Below, piece by piece: positions 37,801 through 52,800 of a stretch of 64,000 nt of DNA (positions within the stretch are counted from its first letter, which is position 1; each line of letters begins with the position of its first letter). Both the position numbers and the translations under genes were made by a program. Location of the stretch: positions 42,470,001 through 42,534,000 of the forward strand of contig NC_090340.1 in assembly GCF_035084215.1 (NCBI RefSeq), written 5' to 3'. Source of the DNA: Heptranchias perlo (Eukaryota). The notes under the pieces were generated by a model. That model did not search any database, was not told where the DNA came from, and was given only the letters and a program-made list of their open reading frames with translations.

Positions 37801-40800
37801 CGTTAAACACCTACTTGTCCTCAGACTCCTGTACAAGTGGGTCTTTTGCATCTACACGTCTTAAAACCTCCTTCACATTCTCTTCCAGCCATGTCATGAC
37901 TCTTGCTTCTTTCCAGAGCATCCAGTTTCTTCCAATAAATAATGCTACTAACTGCTTCAGAGCACTTGGCTGTCTGTGGGGGGTTGGGGGAGGGGCAGAC
38001 ATAAATGTAGAAGTGAGGTTATGACAAGTGGTATGCAGTAAAATTTAACAGGAATGGAACAAATGGGAATGTATTGTTCAGAAGGATAGGGAAGAAAGAA
38101 TACATAACATTTGCAACACTACATTATATGTCACAGGCCACTCTTTAAGAATCTAGCCCTCATATAAAAACATATTTTTCTCTTCAGATATCAGTTTCTA
38201 TATGTTCTCCATAAATCCCAGTCTACAGAAAGTTAGTAGTGGCAATACCTCAATCATTAATGGTTTGAATTATATTTTGTGCATCATTGGTACAGGCTAG
38301 TAATATTTTTTGCTGATCCCACCTTAAAAGTAGCAGATGCAATAGCAGAATTTCTAATCTATATATAAAAAGTTAAATTGTTAATTGGGTAGGAAGTTAT
38401 TGATAGTTATGAAAATTGCATTTCAACACTCATCATTTGATTTGTTATTCGGTAGTGGGAATAAACTAAATAGTGCCAAAACTAACATTTTGTGTAAAAG
38501 TATCTTGACAATAACACTTCTGATTCTATGCAATTGTTCCTTTCATCTTTAGCAGCAATGATACAGGGAAAACGGTCCACATCATGAGTGATCATTATAT
38601 TTCAATAAATCCAGGTCCAAGTTTCATTACTTGTCTTCGTTCTGGCTTAAGTTTTCCAACACGCTATCATTATTCTGGTAGTAACCTACAAGAAGAAGCT
38701 GGGCAAGAAAGATCAAGCGGCAGCATCCTCTAAAATTAGCAGGTTAGTTCTCAATAGGATTATTTTACTATTGGCACTATTGCTAGGTCTGTTTCAATTT
38801 AGTTAACCAGGCTAATTTGTAGCAAGACAAATAGCACTCCAAATACCCACTGTATTGTGGATTTAAAATTACATTAAATAAGTGTTTCGTCTACATCTCA
38901 TCTTCATTTCAGTTTAATACTTAAAACCAATCTTTTTTTAGACTTGCCATTTTTCTTTAAATTCAAACAACTTATCTCTATCTCCATGCCACACAACTTT
39001 TTTTTATCCTGACTAAATAAAGTCAAATGTGCATACTAGGTTGATGGGATGATGAAAATAAACCTGTAAGTTAATGATTTTACAATCAGCACTACAATCT
39101 CAAGTATATAAAGCAAGGGCTCTTGACAAGTTCCTGTCACTACAAAAGGTGTCAAGATGTCTCCTTCCCTACCTTCAACAAGTTTTGCTAAAACGTATAT
39201 ATTTTATACATTAGTATGCATTATATATTGCGCAACATCTTATAGAAACATAGGAAATAGGAGCGGGGGTAGGCCATTCAGCCCTTCGAGCCTGCTTCAC
39301 CATTCAATATGATCATGGCTGATCCTCTATCTCAATACCATATTCCCGCTCTCTCCCCATGCCCCTTGATGCCTTTTGTGTCTAGAAATCTATTTCCTTC
39401 TTAAATATATTCAGTGACTTGGCCTCCATAGTCTTCTATGGTAGAGAGTTCCACAGGTTCACCACCCTCTGAGTGAAGAAATTTCTCCTCATCTCAGTCC
39501 TAAATGTCCTACCCCATATCCTGAGACTGTGACCCCTTGTTCTAGACCCCGAGCCTGGGGAAACATCCTCCCTGCGTCCAGTCTGTCTAGCCCTGTCAGA
39601 ATTTTATACATTTCAATGAGATCCCTCTCATTCTTCTAAACTCTGGTGAAAGCAGGCCTAGTCGACCCAATCTCTCCTCATATGACAGTCCTGCCATCCC
39701 AGGAATCAGTCTGGTGAACCTTCGCTGCACTCCCTCTATGGCAAGTATATCCTTTCTTAGGTAAGGAGACCAAAACTGCACACAATACTCCAGGTGTGGT
39801 CTCACCAAGGCCCTGTATAACTTCAGTAAGACATCATTGTTCCTATACTCAAATCCTCTTACAATGAAGGCCAACATACCATTTGCCTTCCTAAATGCTT
39901 GCTGCACCTGCATGTTTGCTTTCAGTGACTGGTGTACAAGGACACCCAGGTCCCTTTGTATATCAACATTCCCCAATCTATCACCATTTAAATAATACTC
40001 TGCCTTTCTGTTTTTCCTTCCGAAGTGGATAACTTCACATTTATCCACGTTATACTGCATCTGCCATGTCTTTGCCCACTCACTCAACTTGTCTAAATTG
40101 CCTTGAAGCCTCTTTGCATCCTTCTCACAACCCAACCTAGTTTTGTGTTGTCAGCAAACTTGGAAATATTATATTTGGTTCCCTCATCCAAATCACTGAT
40201 ATATATTGTGAATAGCTGGGACCCAAGCACTGATCCCTGCAGTACCCCACTAGTCACCGCCTGCCACCCTGAAAAAGACCCATTTATTCTTACTCTGTTT
40301 CCTGTCTGTTAACCAATTTTCAATCCATGCTGGTATATTACCCCCAATCCCATGTGCTTTAATTTTGCACACTAACCTCTTGTGTGGGACCTTATCAAAA
40401 GTCTTCTGAAAATCCAAATACACCACATCTACTGGTTCTCCCTTATCTGTTCTACCAGTTACATCCTCAAAAAAACTCAGTAGGTTTGTCAAACACGATT
40501 TCCCTTTCATAATTCCATGTCTATTTTGTCTAATCCCGTTGATATTTTCTACATGTCCTGTTATCACATCCTTTATAATAGACTCTAGCATTTTCCCTAC
40601 TGATGTCAGGCTAACTGGTCTGTAGTTCCCTGTTTTCTCTCTTCCTCCTTTTTTAAATAGTGGGGTTACATTTGCCACCCTTCAATCCGCAGGAACTGTT
40701 CCATAATCTATAGAATTTTGGAAGATGACAACCAATGCATCCACTATTTCCATGGCTACCCCTTTTAGTACTCTGGGATGCAGATTATCAGGTCCTGGGG

Positions 40801-43800
40801 ATTTATCGGCTTTCAGTCCCATTAATTTCTCCAGCACTATTTTTTTTTTACTAATACTAATTTCCTTTAATTCCTCCTTCTCACTAGACCCTTGGTTCCC
40901 TAGTATTTCTGGGAAGTTATTTGTGTCCTCTTCCGTGAAGACAGAACCAAAGTATTTGTTTAATTGCTCTGCCATTTCCTTGTTCCCCATTATAAATTCT
41001 CCTGTTTCTGACTGTAAGGGACCTACATTTGTCTTCACTAATCTTTTTCTTTTTACATACTTGTAGAAGCTTTTACAGTCCTCTTTTATGTTCCTTGCAA
41101 GTTTACTCTCTCACTCTATTTTTCCCCCTCTTAATCAATCTCTTAGTCCTTTTTTGCTGAATTCTAAACTGCTCCCAATCCTCAGGCTTGCTACTTTTTC
41201 TGGCAACTTTAAAGGACTCCTCTTTGGATCCAATACTATTCTTAATTTCTTTTATTAGCCATGGTTGGGCCGCTTTTCCTTTTGCGTTTTTGTGCCAGAA
41301 AGGAATGTATAACTGTTGCAATTCATGCATTCATTCCTTAAACGTTAGCCAATGCCTATCCACTGTCATGGCTTTTAATGAAGCTCCCCAATCTATCACA
41401 GCCAACTCACTCCTCATACCTTTGTAGTTTCCTTGGTTTAGATTTTGGACCCTAGTTTCAGATTGGACGACTTCACTTTCCATCTTAATGAAGAATTCTA
41501 TCATGTTATGGTCACTCTTGCCTAAAGGACCCTGCACAACAAGATTATTAATTAACCCCTTCTCATTGCACAATACCCAATCTAGGATAGCCTGTTCCCT
41601 TAGTTGGCTCCTCAACGTACTGGTCTAAAAAACCATCTCATACACACTCCAGGAATTCATCCTCCACAGTATTATTGCTCATTGGGTTTGGCCAGTCTAT
41701 ATGTAGATTAGTCATCCATGATTACTGTAGTACCCTTGTTACATGCATCTCTAATTTCCTGTTTGATGCCATCCCCTACATTACCACTATTGTTTGGAGG
41801 CCTATAGACAACTCCCACCAGTGTTTTGTGCCCCTTGGTGCTTCTTAACTCCACCCAGACTAATTCCACATCTTGATTTTCTGAGCCAATATCCTTCACT
41901 AACAATGCTACCCCCACCTCCATTTCTTTTTTGCTTGTCCTTCCTAAACATTGAATATGGTTGGACATTCAGCTCCCAGTCTTGGTCACCTTGCAGCCAT
42001 GTCTCCATATTCACAATTATATTGTATCAGTTTACATATGTTTGCACTGTTAATTCGTCTACCTTATTATTAAGAATGTAAACAATTTTACACCATGTTA
42101 TAGTCCAACAATTTTATTTGAAATTCACAAGCTTTCGGAGGCTTGTGATTTTCAAATAAAATTGTTGGACTATAACTTGGTGTTGTAAAATTGTTTACAA
42201 TTGTCAACCCCAGTCCATCACCGGCATCTCCACATCATTATTAAGAATGCTTCGTGCATTCAGATACAGTGCCTTTAGTTTTGTCTTTTCAACATTTTTA
42301 GACATCTTAACATTTTTTTGTACTATGGCCCTATTTGTCTTACTATCATTTTTTCTTACCAGGACTCTATTTGTTAGTACACTTATAATCAATTTAAAAT
42401 TATCTCCCATGTTAGCTGACCTCCTAAATCAAATCAAGCCATGCTGGCTGTTCCAAATGACAGCCCTGTGAAACTTCCACAATCATAGCGTATGCTGCAC
42501 AGGAAGTTGTTGAATATAACATTTATTGCACTAGTGAAAGAATGCAATGCACCAGTGAGTTGTAGAGATTTCCTTCACATGTGAAACAAACAACTTCCTA
42601 CGTGATATTCTCATTTAATGATGTATGTCTTTGACTTCTATTTTGTTTGAAATTTTCCTTTTAGCTATGAAGTTTTACTATTTCTTCCGCAGAGCAAAGT
42701 TCTATGAGTAAATCCACGTACTCTTAGTGGCAGTCATCAACACTGATTCTGTGGTGTGCTAGTGAGTAGTTGCTCAAGTGTCCATACTCTTGCACACAAG
42801 AGATGACACAAAACTTGGAAGTGTCGGGAACAGTGAGGAGGATAGTGATAGACTGCAAGAGGATGTAGACAGGCTGGTGGAATGGGCGGACATGTGGCAG
42901 ATGAAATTTAACACCGAAAAATGCGAAGTGATACATTTCGGTTGGAAGAATGAGGAGAGGCAAGATGAACTAGAGGGCACAATTCTAAAAGGGGTACAGG
43001 AACAGAGAGATCTGGGGGTACATGCATAAATCGTTGAAGGTGGCAGGGCGGGTTGAGAAAGTGGTTAAAAAAGCATACGGGATCCTGGACTTTATAAATA
43101 GAGGCATAGAGTACAAAAGTATGGAAGTCATGATGAACCTTTATAAAGCACTGGTTCGACCACAACTGGAGTATTGTGTCCAGTTCTGGGCACCGCACTC
43201 TAGGAAAGATGTGAAGGCCATAGAGGGTGCAGAAGAGATTTACTAGAATGATTCCAGGGATGAGGGATTTTAGTTACATGGATAGACTGGAGAAGCTGGG
43301 GTTGTTCTCCTTGGAACAGAGAAGGTTGAGAGGAGATTTTATAGAGGTATTTAAAATCATGAAGGGTCTAGGCAGAATAGAGAGAGAGAATCTGTTCCCA
43401 TTGGCAGAAGGGTCACAAACCAGAGGACGTAGATTTAAGGTGATTCGCAAAAGAACCAAAGGTGACATGAGGAAAAGCTTTTTTACGCAGCGAGTGGTTA
43501 GGATCGGGAATGCACTGCCAGAGGGGGTGGTGGAGGCAGAGGCAGACTCAACCGTGGCTTTCAAAAGGGAACTGGATAAGTACTTAAAAAGGAAAATATT
43601 TGCAGGGCTATGGGGATAGGACAGGAGAGTGGGACCGACTAGCTGGATTGCTCTTGCATAGAGCCGGCACGGACTCAATGGGCCGAATGGCTTCCTTCTG
43701 TGCTGTAACCTTTATGATTCTATATTCCAGCTGATTAGAACATGGCAGAAAGAACTATTTCAATCCATTTTATTTTGGTTTAGTGAGTTAGCGGTGAAGG

Positions 43801-46800
43801 ACAACAGGTATATTTATACAGTTACACGTATAGTATTTACATAGAGGACACAGTGAGCAAGAGTGGTAGTTAGTCAGTACTGATGGCAAGTGCACAGCTT
43901 CCTTGTTCCAACTGCTGGTCGAAAGCAATTCTAATCAGGTCATTATCTTATGTGCACAGAATTTATTAGTACTCAAGCAGATTCTTTCATGGCACATACC
44001 TTATTTGCACTTCAAATCCAAAAAACTTGTGAGACAACACAGCCTGGTCAGCCTGCACACCACACTGATCCAGTAATGGCATCAGTACTGGAAATGAATA
44101 CAAATAAGAGCTCATCACTTAATGTTTTTGACAAGGCATTATTATTTTCTATTAAAAAGGGGGCGGTTTCTGGACACACTTGTTAACTGAAACAATATCA
44201 GTAAAAATAAAAACATGAAATAGTTGCTTAATCCTATTGTGGCAATATATTACTAACCTATCACCAAGAGAATGGATATGACACTAAATTGCAAATCAAC
44301 ACTGTTGGTCTTAGGCCACAGAACCTGCACTTATCTAATAAATCAAATTTAAAATAAATCCATATTACAATTTTTAAATAAATTTACTTTAAGCTAGATA
44401 GTGAAACCTTTAATTGAAAAATGATTCACTGTCCCCAGTTTTCATATACAAAGCCATTTCTTATACCAATACCATAACTCCCTCTAGTCACTTCCCATAG
44501 CTGTCATTAATTCTGCTCCTGCTTCTCACAGAAGACCAAAGGTCCATTCAGCACTGATCAAATAATTGAGGGAACTGGGCTAAAGCACAGACTCATTATA
44601 TCTCCCAGGCAATTTGTGGACACAAGCATCGTTTGAGCTAGGCAGATGTGAATTAAACCTTCCCCTCAAGACTGATCACATACTAAATCAGCACTAAAAG
44701 GACCTCCAAATTTGTAATAGGCCAATTATACTACACATTTTGGGTTGATGCAAATCCAAAATATTTCTATTAACAGAAACTTAGTATCAATGGGATGTGA
44801 AATCACCTCAACAAATTTCATGTTCTTACATGGTCAGTTTTCACCTTTTTAATGCTACCATCTCTTTGTTAGTGCTCAGATTTAATCAGCAATTCCGTTC
44901 CTATGGCTGGAGTGTGACACAGCCAACACTTTTGAGCATCTCATACCAAGACACACAAGAGTGGCACAGTAATATAATGCATTGCAGCTCTAACATGCTG
45001 CATTCCAGAGCATATATGTGCCTGCAATTCTGGAATCTCAACAGTGATTCCTTGGGAAGATGCTGAACACAGACCAGGCATTTTCACCACAAGCAGTGAG
45101 AAAATATGAGGTTTGGTCACCTCAGGTTGCTAGCAAGTGCGTCAGAACATTAGCAAAGTCCCAGGAGTAGGTCTCCAGCTGTTTTCTTAGCTAGGCAGAA
45201 GAAAATCGGGGGAAGCATTCCCACCCCCACCCAACCACCTCTTCCTCACAAAAAGCACACTATCTATATTGATACAGAAAAGAATACTCCATTATACAAC
45301 TGTGGAATACAATTTTAGTTAGCACCACCACCACAAAAAAAAAATCACAAGAAACTATCTGGAACTGAAGAGGGCAAGTTTAAAAAAAATTCAATTGTTA
45401 GGAGGATGCCACTGAGTAAACCTAATCCATGGGTTTCAATGCTAACAAGTGTAGTATATAACGCCAGTATATAAGACACCGCATCCTCCCCACATATCAA
45501 ATCATGCAATGCTGGCTATAAGCATCACATCAAATTATTGCATCAGTTAAGGACTACGTGTTCTCATGCCGACTTTATGTAAGTGCACAGTTTTGTATAG
45601 AACATCTATATGTTCAGTACAAATCTTTCTGCTCACCACTAAAAAGGATAAGTTTTGAAGTTTGACATGCATTACATCTGTATAGTTTGTCACATATCTT
45701 TCTTTTGCATCTTATATAATAAACACAGACAAGGTCAAGAATGATTATTTAACAGAGTTTTTAAACAAGAAACAAATCATCGTCCTTAATGTAGGTATTT
45801 TAATTGCCAATACATGCCTCATCTTCCCATTAAATTGGTAATTGCACGTTTATAAAAAGGATGGCAGGGAAGATTGGCACTGAACATGTTCTAAAGGAGA
45901 CATCTTTAATATATAGCTATTGAAATTCTCAGTTGAAGTACAAGGTGAACATTTGACTACTTACCACTTGGAAACGCTATAAGAGCATTTTGTATCAGAC
46001 GCTTAGCTCGTTCCTGTTTTTGAGTGCGCTCAGTATCTGACAGATCTTCTCGTTGACTAAGATGGTAATAAGCCAGTGGAACGGAGAATGCAAAATTAGG
46101 GAGCTGAGACAGATTCAAATGGAACTGAGAGACAGCAGAAAGGAATGAGACATTACTGACAAAATTAAGTCCAAACATGAAACATACAAACACCCAATTG
46201 CATCCAAGAGCTACAAATCACTGTTGCTATATCCTTTTGAAAATATTTTTTTCCTTTTGTGAAAAATTAACTCGTTGGGATTCAATTGACTACACATAAT
46301 GCAAATAGATTTCATATATTCACATTATTAAAAGGAGAAATTACTTAAGTTTTCATATTTTTACTGCATACAACCAGGATAAAAGTTGTATTTTATTTTT
46401 CCTGTAGTCACTTGTACTCAATGCTGATCCACTCACTTGAGTAGAATGGGTGTGCATGTATGATGCTATTATTGCAAAATTAAAGTTCAAGCACTGATCT
46501 TGCTCTATTCAGTGCCATGTTTCCCAAAAAGAATGAGATCTCCACAAAGCACCCCTCCCCTGAGCTAGGAATGGGACAAAAGGGTTGAGAAGGAAAAAAA
46601 AAAGTTAGCCAGTATTTCCATTCCTGATCACTACCTAGTTTATTCCACTGGAAAGGGCATGTATTTTGATATTGGGTGAAGACACAATCAAACTTGGCTA
46701 CAATGCCCCAAAAGGTCAAATACCCTGCCAATGCTCACATTTGAGCAAGCAACCGCAGGGTAGTAGACACCCATAGAATTGCACTCCAGAACAGTGAACA

Positions 46801-49800
46801 TCTTTAGGATGGGGGGGGGGGGGGGGGGGCGGAAATAAACAGTAAGCACTTTTGCCAAAACATTTTAGTCTTGTCACCTGTTTTTTATTTCAATATAAAA
46901 TCAAAACTGTAACAAGCAAACCAATCATGGACACGTTCTCACCTCCCATTCCTCATAGAGCCGTATCAGGAAAGCATATTCTCGTGCTCGCAATGCCAAT
47001 AAATCAATAATCAACAGAGCACATAGTGGATCTCCCTCAGGGTCCAGGCTATGGAGACAAACATTATGAATTAGACTGTACACAGAATTAGAGCAATATT
47101 TATTAAGCCAAATTTCCTAGTGTATGATTTTCAATTAGTGCACAAGATTTCATATTTCCCAAAGCCTTATTAGTTCATTTAGTTCACGTCCAGCTGGTTG
47201 AGTTTGAAAACGTCTATTTTAAAAAATAAATTTATCTTCTCCTTTTGGTGCCATTGAAGTACATTTAGGTACTATGGAAGAGAGCAATTTAAGAGTGGCT
47301 TGACAGTAATCATAAGCTGATTTAATATTCAATTTTTTTTTGAGGCCTGACCTAGGTTGAAGGAGGAGGTGGACTCTTTAAAACTGATTACTGAATTTTC
47401 TTCCCTTTTTGAAGTATGTTTGCAAAACTTATTTTATCAGTTTCTACTGTTAAAAGAGTTTAAGCAAAAGGAATGAGAAAACATTGTATTTAACTATTAA
47501 CATTCTATTAAAAGCAGGTATCAAGGTAACAAAAGGTGGAGCACTGGAGGGATCTCGCTTTCCATTCAGTTTCTAAATTTGTTCAGTTCCAATGACTGAG
47601 AAATGACACAAAGGAACTTCTGATGGGCTTCTGATTGCGAGACTGTTGGTGGCTTGAAAATAGCTCATTCACCTCCATCTTGGCTGCAGGAGGCTCCACA
47701 AAAGAGAAAACAAGTACTACTGAAATGTAGGAGAAAGGAGGGCAGGAGCGTTCATCAGTGTTTACATTTTTGGAGTTAAGATTGAGAAAATCTGCAATTT
47801 TACTCTGCGGTGATTTTGTTCAATGGCTTTATTAGAATAGGCAGCTTGTCGTGACAAAGATTCACATTTTGATACACTTCTCTGTTTAGGAACTGTGGCA
47901 TCATGTTGTTACTTAAATATATATTTTCAATCATTCAAAATGGATTTTTAAACTTCACAGTGCTCCTTCCCTCTGAAGACATTCCTTTCAACACCCATTT
48001 TAAAGTTACTTTTATTTTGCAACAATGAAAAATGGAGGCTAGTGGCAGAGGCATGCAACTTGTGCATTTTCACCTGAAAATTGAATGTGGGGCAGACTGT
48101 AGTAATTTTATAGAAATTTCTTTCTGTCCAGTCAAAAATTTTTATTTGGTGATCTTTCCCTCAATGAACATTTTACCGTCAAAAGGGTGATAAAGTTACC
48201 AATGGTATATATGTCAGCAAGTGATTTCTGATTCTTACCAACGGATAAGCTTACAAAACTCCAGCGCTGTGCGCGGACAGCCCCTTTTCTCCAGAAATAT
48301 CATGTGCTTGTAGAGTGCAAGGAAGAACGACCTGTGCAATTACAAAAAAAGAGAATCTGTGTCAGATAAAGGAAATTAGTGAAGCAGTAAAAATAATCTT
48401 TCCCATGTGGGTGGCTGGATGGGGAAGAGAAAGAAGTGGACTGTGCGATATGCTAAATCAATGGAATTCAACTCTCAAGATATACTTAAGACTGCAAGAA
48501 AATGCATACATAACAAGTGACTGATAATTTTCTCCAACTCAGCTGATGTCAATCATAAATTGCTCATGCCTTGGGGTACAAATACTTTAGTACTATATAT
48601 TATCCAAAAGTTTCAATAGTGACATTAAAAGAATACTTCAAGGAAGGCTCATAAAGATCAGTCAGCCTTCCATTTGTACCTGCCAGTTTTTAAGATCAAA
48701 AATGAGATTAAAACTTGCCTTTGATTAAATTTTTTTTAGGTCCAACATATCTAGACTGTGACAGCCTCTCCCCTGCTTGAGTTCAGTTTCACAGCACTGT
48801 ATGAATGAATGAATGGAACATTGGGTGCTGAATTCAGCACTGTGCAAAGGACCAAGTGAAAGATTACAGCAGTATATTGCTTTCTCATCAAGTCATGCTT
48901 GCATTTTAGTGATATGTTAACAGAGGCAGCAATTCATGTTCACACTGAACTGTTCTGGTAAACCCACAACACTGGCCCTAATTTGTCTCACCAAGAGTTG
49001 TGCTATACTTAAAAATTAATGAGCAAGATTGCCAACTGCAAGCAAAGCATTAAACATATCCCCTCATGTTACTATGGATAACAGGAATGGGATTAGGGTA
49101 GATCAATAGAACAGTGTAGAATTATTTATATGGGTTAAAACAAGAGACTGATTTACTACTGCAATGAACCAATACAAAAAAAAAACTTCTAATGACCCAG
49201 TGAAGAGAAGCTCTCCAAGTGTCAAATTTAATCTTTGTGTGAAGTATGTTGCAAACCTGTTCTCAGCTCGTCGATAATCCAAACGGCTATTTCCATTGGT
49301 CAGGCTAAATACTGGGTGAAATGCACTTTCAAAACAGTACAGTGCTTTTTCTGAATGGAGGAAAGTGAGAAAAAAATAACTTACTAATGCATATAAATAA
49401 TCTTTGGCATATTTGAAAAAACATCCCAACTCTTGTAAGTGACAGGTTAGAATATTTTCCCATGTTATTATAAAGCAATTTTACTTCCAACTTCATAACA
49501 GTGCACCTGGACAGTTCCCCATATTTTGATTTAGTTAGTGCCAGCTGGAAAAATCTGATGAGGTCTTCAAGATTATGAAGGGTAAATAGTGATAGATTGT
49601 TTCCCCTAATTGATGAGACAGTAACAAGAGGGCACAAATTTAAGATGATCACAAAAAGAATTCAAGGGGAGGTTAGAAGAAATTTATTTCCAGAGGCCGG
49701 TTAAAACGTGGAATTCTCTGACACAAAGGGCATGATTTTGACTTGGCGCTGGGAACTCAACCTGTCCCTAGATATTTGCATGGGGAACCCTGAAGCCAAA

Positions 49801-52800
49801 TGAGTGCATCGCAATCTGCGATCGCAACACAATTGAAGGGGAGTATTTGTGCTTCCTGGTTTCCCGCGCGTCGTAAGAAGGGAAAGGAGTCGCAAATCAG
49901 AGAGGGAGCGATCAATCATGGGCCGTGGAACAAAATCGGGGGCGGGGGGGGGATCCAGCAAACATCGGGAGGAGAGTTCAGCCATTATTGGGATTGGGTG
50001 GGGGGGGGGGGGGGGGGGGTGTCCAGCGTCATGAGGTCGAGGCCAATCGCGGGGATCCGATCGACAGGTGAACTTGTTGGGCCTGGATGAAGCACTCCTG
50101 CTCCTCCGGGCACACAAGCAGTGCAATAAAGGCACTCACCTCACGGATCCAGCCCTTCCAGCCTGCTTTCATTTAACGTGAATCGGAAGCAATGGGAAAC
50201 CCGAACAGGTAAGGTTAAATTCATTTTACTTTAGTAATACACAAAAACTTAAGGACCTCAACTATTTCAATGAGGTACATTGCCCTCTAAGTATCGGCCT
50301 GCCAGCTTTAAGTGGGAACGGGACTTCCTGGTGTCTGTTGTGCGCACGCATCCAAATGCGCTTGGGTCAAACCTGGAAGTGGGAGTGTTGAAGCTGGGAT
50401 GTGGTGCTGCTCAAAAAAAGCTATTATTTTAACCTCCCTCCCATCCAGCCACCCCAACCCACCCATTCTTGAGGGTTAAAATTACTCCCAAACTGTTGTT
50501 GAAGCAGAGTCCATAAATTCTTTTAAAAGTGAATTAGATAATTGCTTGGAAAAGAGGAATATTAAAGACCAGGGGGAGTGAGCTGGGCAGGTTTACAAGA
50601 AAAACACCAGTGCAGACTTGTTGGCTGAATGGCTTGTTTTTGGGCTGTAACATTCTACAATTCTATGTCAACTTATGCCCACTGAGCAACTATATTAAAC
50701 CCAACCAATTAATTCACATGCCCTTGAAAGATACAGATAATTTGATTACCACAATTTGCTAATGAACAGTAACTTCAGTCAAGTTAAAATTAATAGACCA
50801 AGAATGATTAACAGCCACAACTTGAAACATCAATAATATTTACAGATAATTCAGTACTTAGAAACATTATTTTATTCAAGACACTGCATTTCTGGCAAGG
50901 TCACCCTGTGGGAAATTGAAGTACAAAGTCCCACAATTAGATTTAGAACACGACTTACGTAACTTTTCATATCAAGTGATTGCATAAACCAATAGCTAGG
51001 AAGCAAGTTCTGAACTCCCAAAAGGGAGACTATTTCAAATCCTGGACTGACAATTGTTTAATAAGGGACGTTTCCCTAATTTCAACCAGGTAAATTGTGA
51101 GAAGCAACCAGGAGAGGCAGATGTAAACAGGCAGGGACTATCCTATCCCCTTGACTGCAGACTAGACCATAGGTGCTACGGACGCATTTTCTTGGGGGCA
51201 AAGGGAGAAAACACTGCTGACTGGTATCATACTATTCCTTTCAATGGATATGCATTCACAATTCTATTTTGAAGTTAAAGCCTGCCTCTCACCAATTAGG
51301 TCACGTGCCATTTCCTGATCCTCTTGCATCCGACAGATGTCACTTAATTGCAATAATGAGTCAATGTGATGCGGGTTGACACGGAGCAGAGCCTAGGGTC
51401 AGGGAAGAACAAATTAGACTGTGTTGGTAGTTACTGATAACTTCTGTTAATTAAAGTGCCCCACCACATGCAACTGTGGCTTGTTGGTGATGACTCGTGT
51501 TTAGTAGAGGATGCAGCTCCTATTCATTTTAGTGAAAGGCACATGCAGTAAGAGGCACTACTAAATGAGAGTTTTCCTGAGGGCTTATTCTCTCCTCCCA
51601 TACAAGAAAATCCAATGCCAACACTTTCTAGAGTCTGGAATTTCCATGAAATCAGAACCCAATCAAATAAAAAAAAGTCTTCAAGTTCTGAAGACCTAGT
51701 TTCATTTAACAGAAAATAAAGCTTTTTAGGCATGGAGTCAGAGGTGGAGGGGAAGGAGAGAAAGAGGGGTGTCCTGGGTCTTTGCGATTTTAATGTTCAC
51801 AGACTGTATTCGCAAACCAAGATTAACACTTTCACTGCCACATCATTACTTTAGGGAGGGACTACAACTTTGAGCAATACTTTTGGAAGTCCGTAAGATA
51901 TAATATAAAGCTCTTATTGGTTAGGTGCTACTGCAATAGTGGCAGGATTGTGTGCCTACCACTAGGATATTTTGACTAGTACAGCATGATCTTTGTGAAA
52001 CAACCTATTTACAAAGAGCTCCTGTGCAACTGGCTGAAAGAATGAGTAGATATGCATTAAATTTAGCCTATATAAAGAATACCTTAGATTTGTTCCAGAC
52101 CCAACAGTACAATCTGTAGATACATAGTGAAATTTTTTTAAAATTTAGACACGAGTTACAACCCACTTTTTTTCTTTCTTACATAAATCAGGCGATTTGA
52201 TTGCCATGTACTTCATTTCTGCTGGTCTAACACAATTAATGACCTACTAAAATGTTATTTGGGTCCATAGAATCTACTGCATCCAAGAACTTGAACTGAG
52301 CCTGTTGATAATCACGGTTGTGTTCAAAGCTGAAGTACTGAGATCCTCCCTTTGTCTCCAGCAGCTGCATGGAAATCCCTGTAAGTGACAAAGCAAGAGT
52401 TAAGTTTTAGATAGATTCTGACTTTGAACACCAATGGTAATGCTAAGGCAATTTGGAGTATTGTGTGTTACATAATGAGATAAAAAAAACATTTTTTTGG
52501 GGGGGTGGTTTAGTGGAAAGGGAAAGAATGATCAAACCTTAAAACAATGCTGGAAACAACGTTTTCTAAAACATACTGGATTCTTTTACTACATAGTTTC
52601 CATTGTTGCACCACTCATATTCCAGTAACTGGGTTGCCATTCACTCTGTTGTCCAGATGTAGCCTGGTTGAATCTGCTCTAAACTGTGCTGCATTACATA
52701 TATATTTACCTGTTTTGGTGTACCGCGGCCAAGTATCTTTGGGTGTTGTGAGCCACGTGCTCCTGTGCAGTGGACGATGCCGCTGCTTTGACCTGATTTG

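Noticed and set aside
45121-45190. Possible 70-nt cryptic exon in TCF25 intron 12
   Set aside because: Weak donor (gtgacc), frameshifting, and not needed for the conserved protein.
46810-46829. Long G/C homopolymers (also about 12475, 18930, 50000) as functional G-quadruplexes
   Set aside because: Common throughout the window, lengths are error-prone, and there is no specific support.
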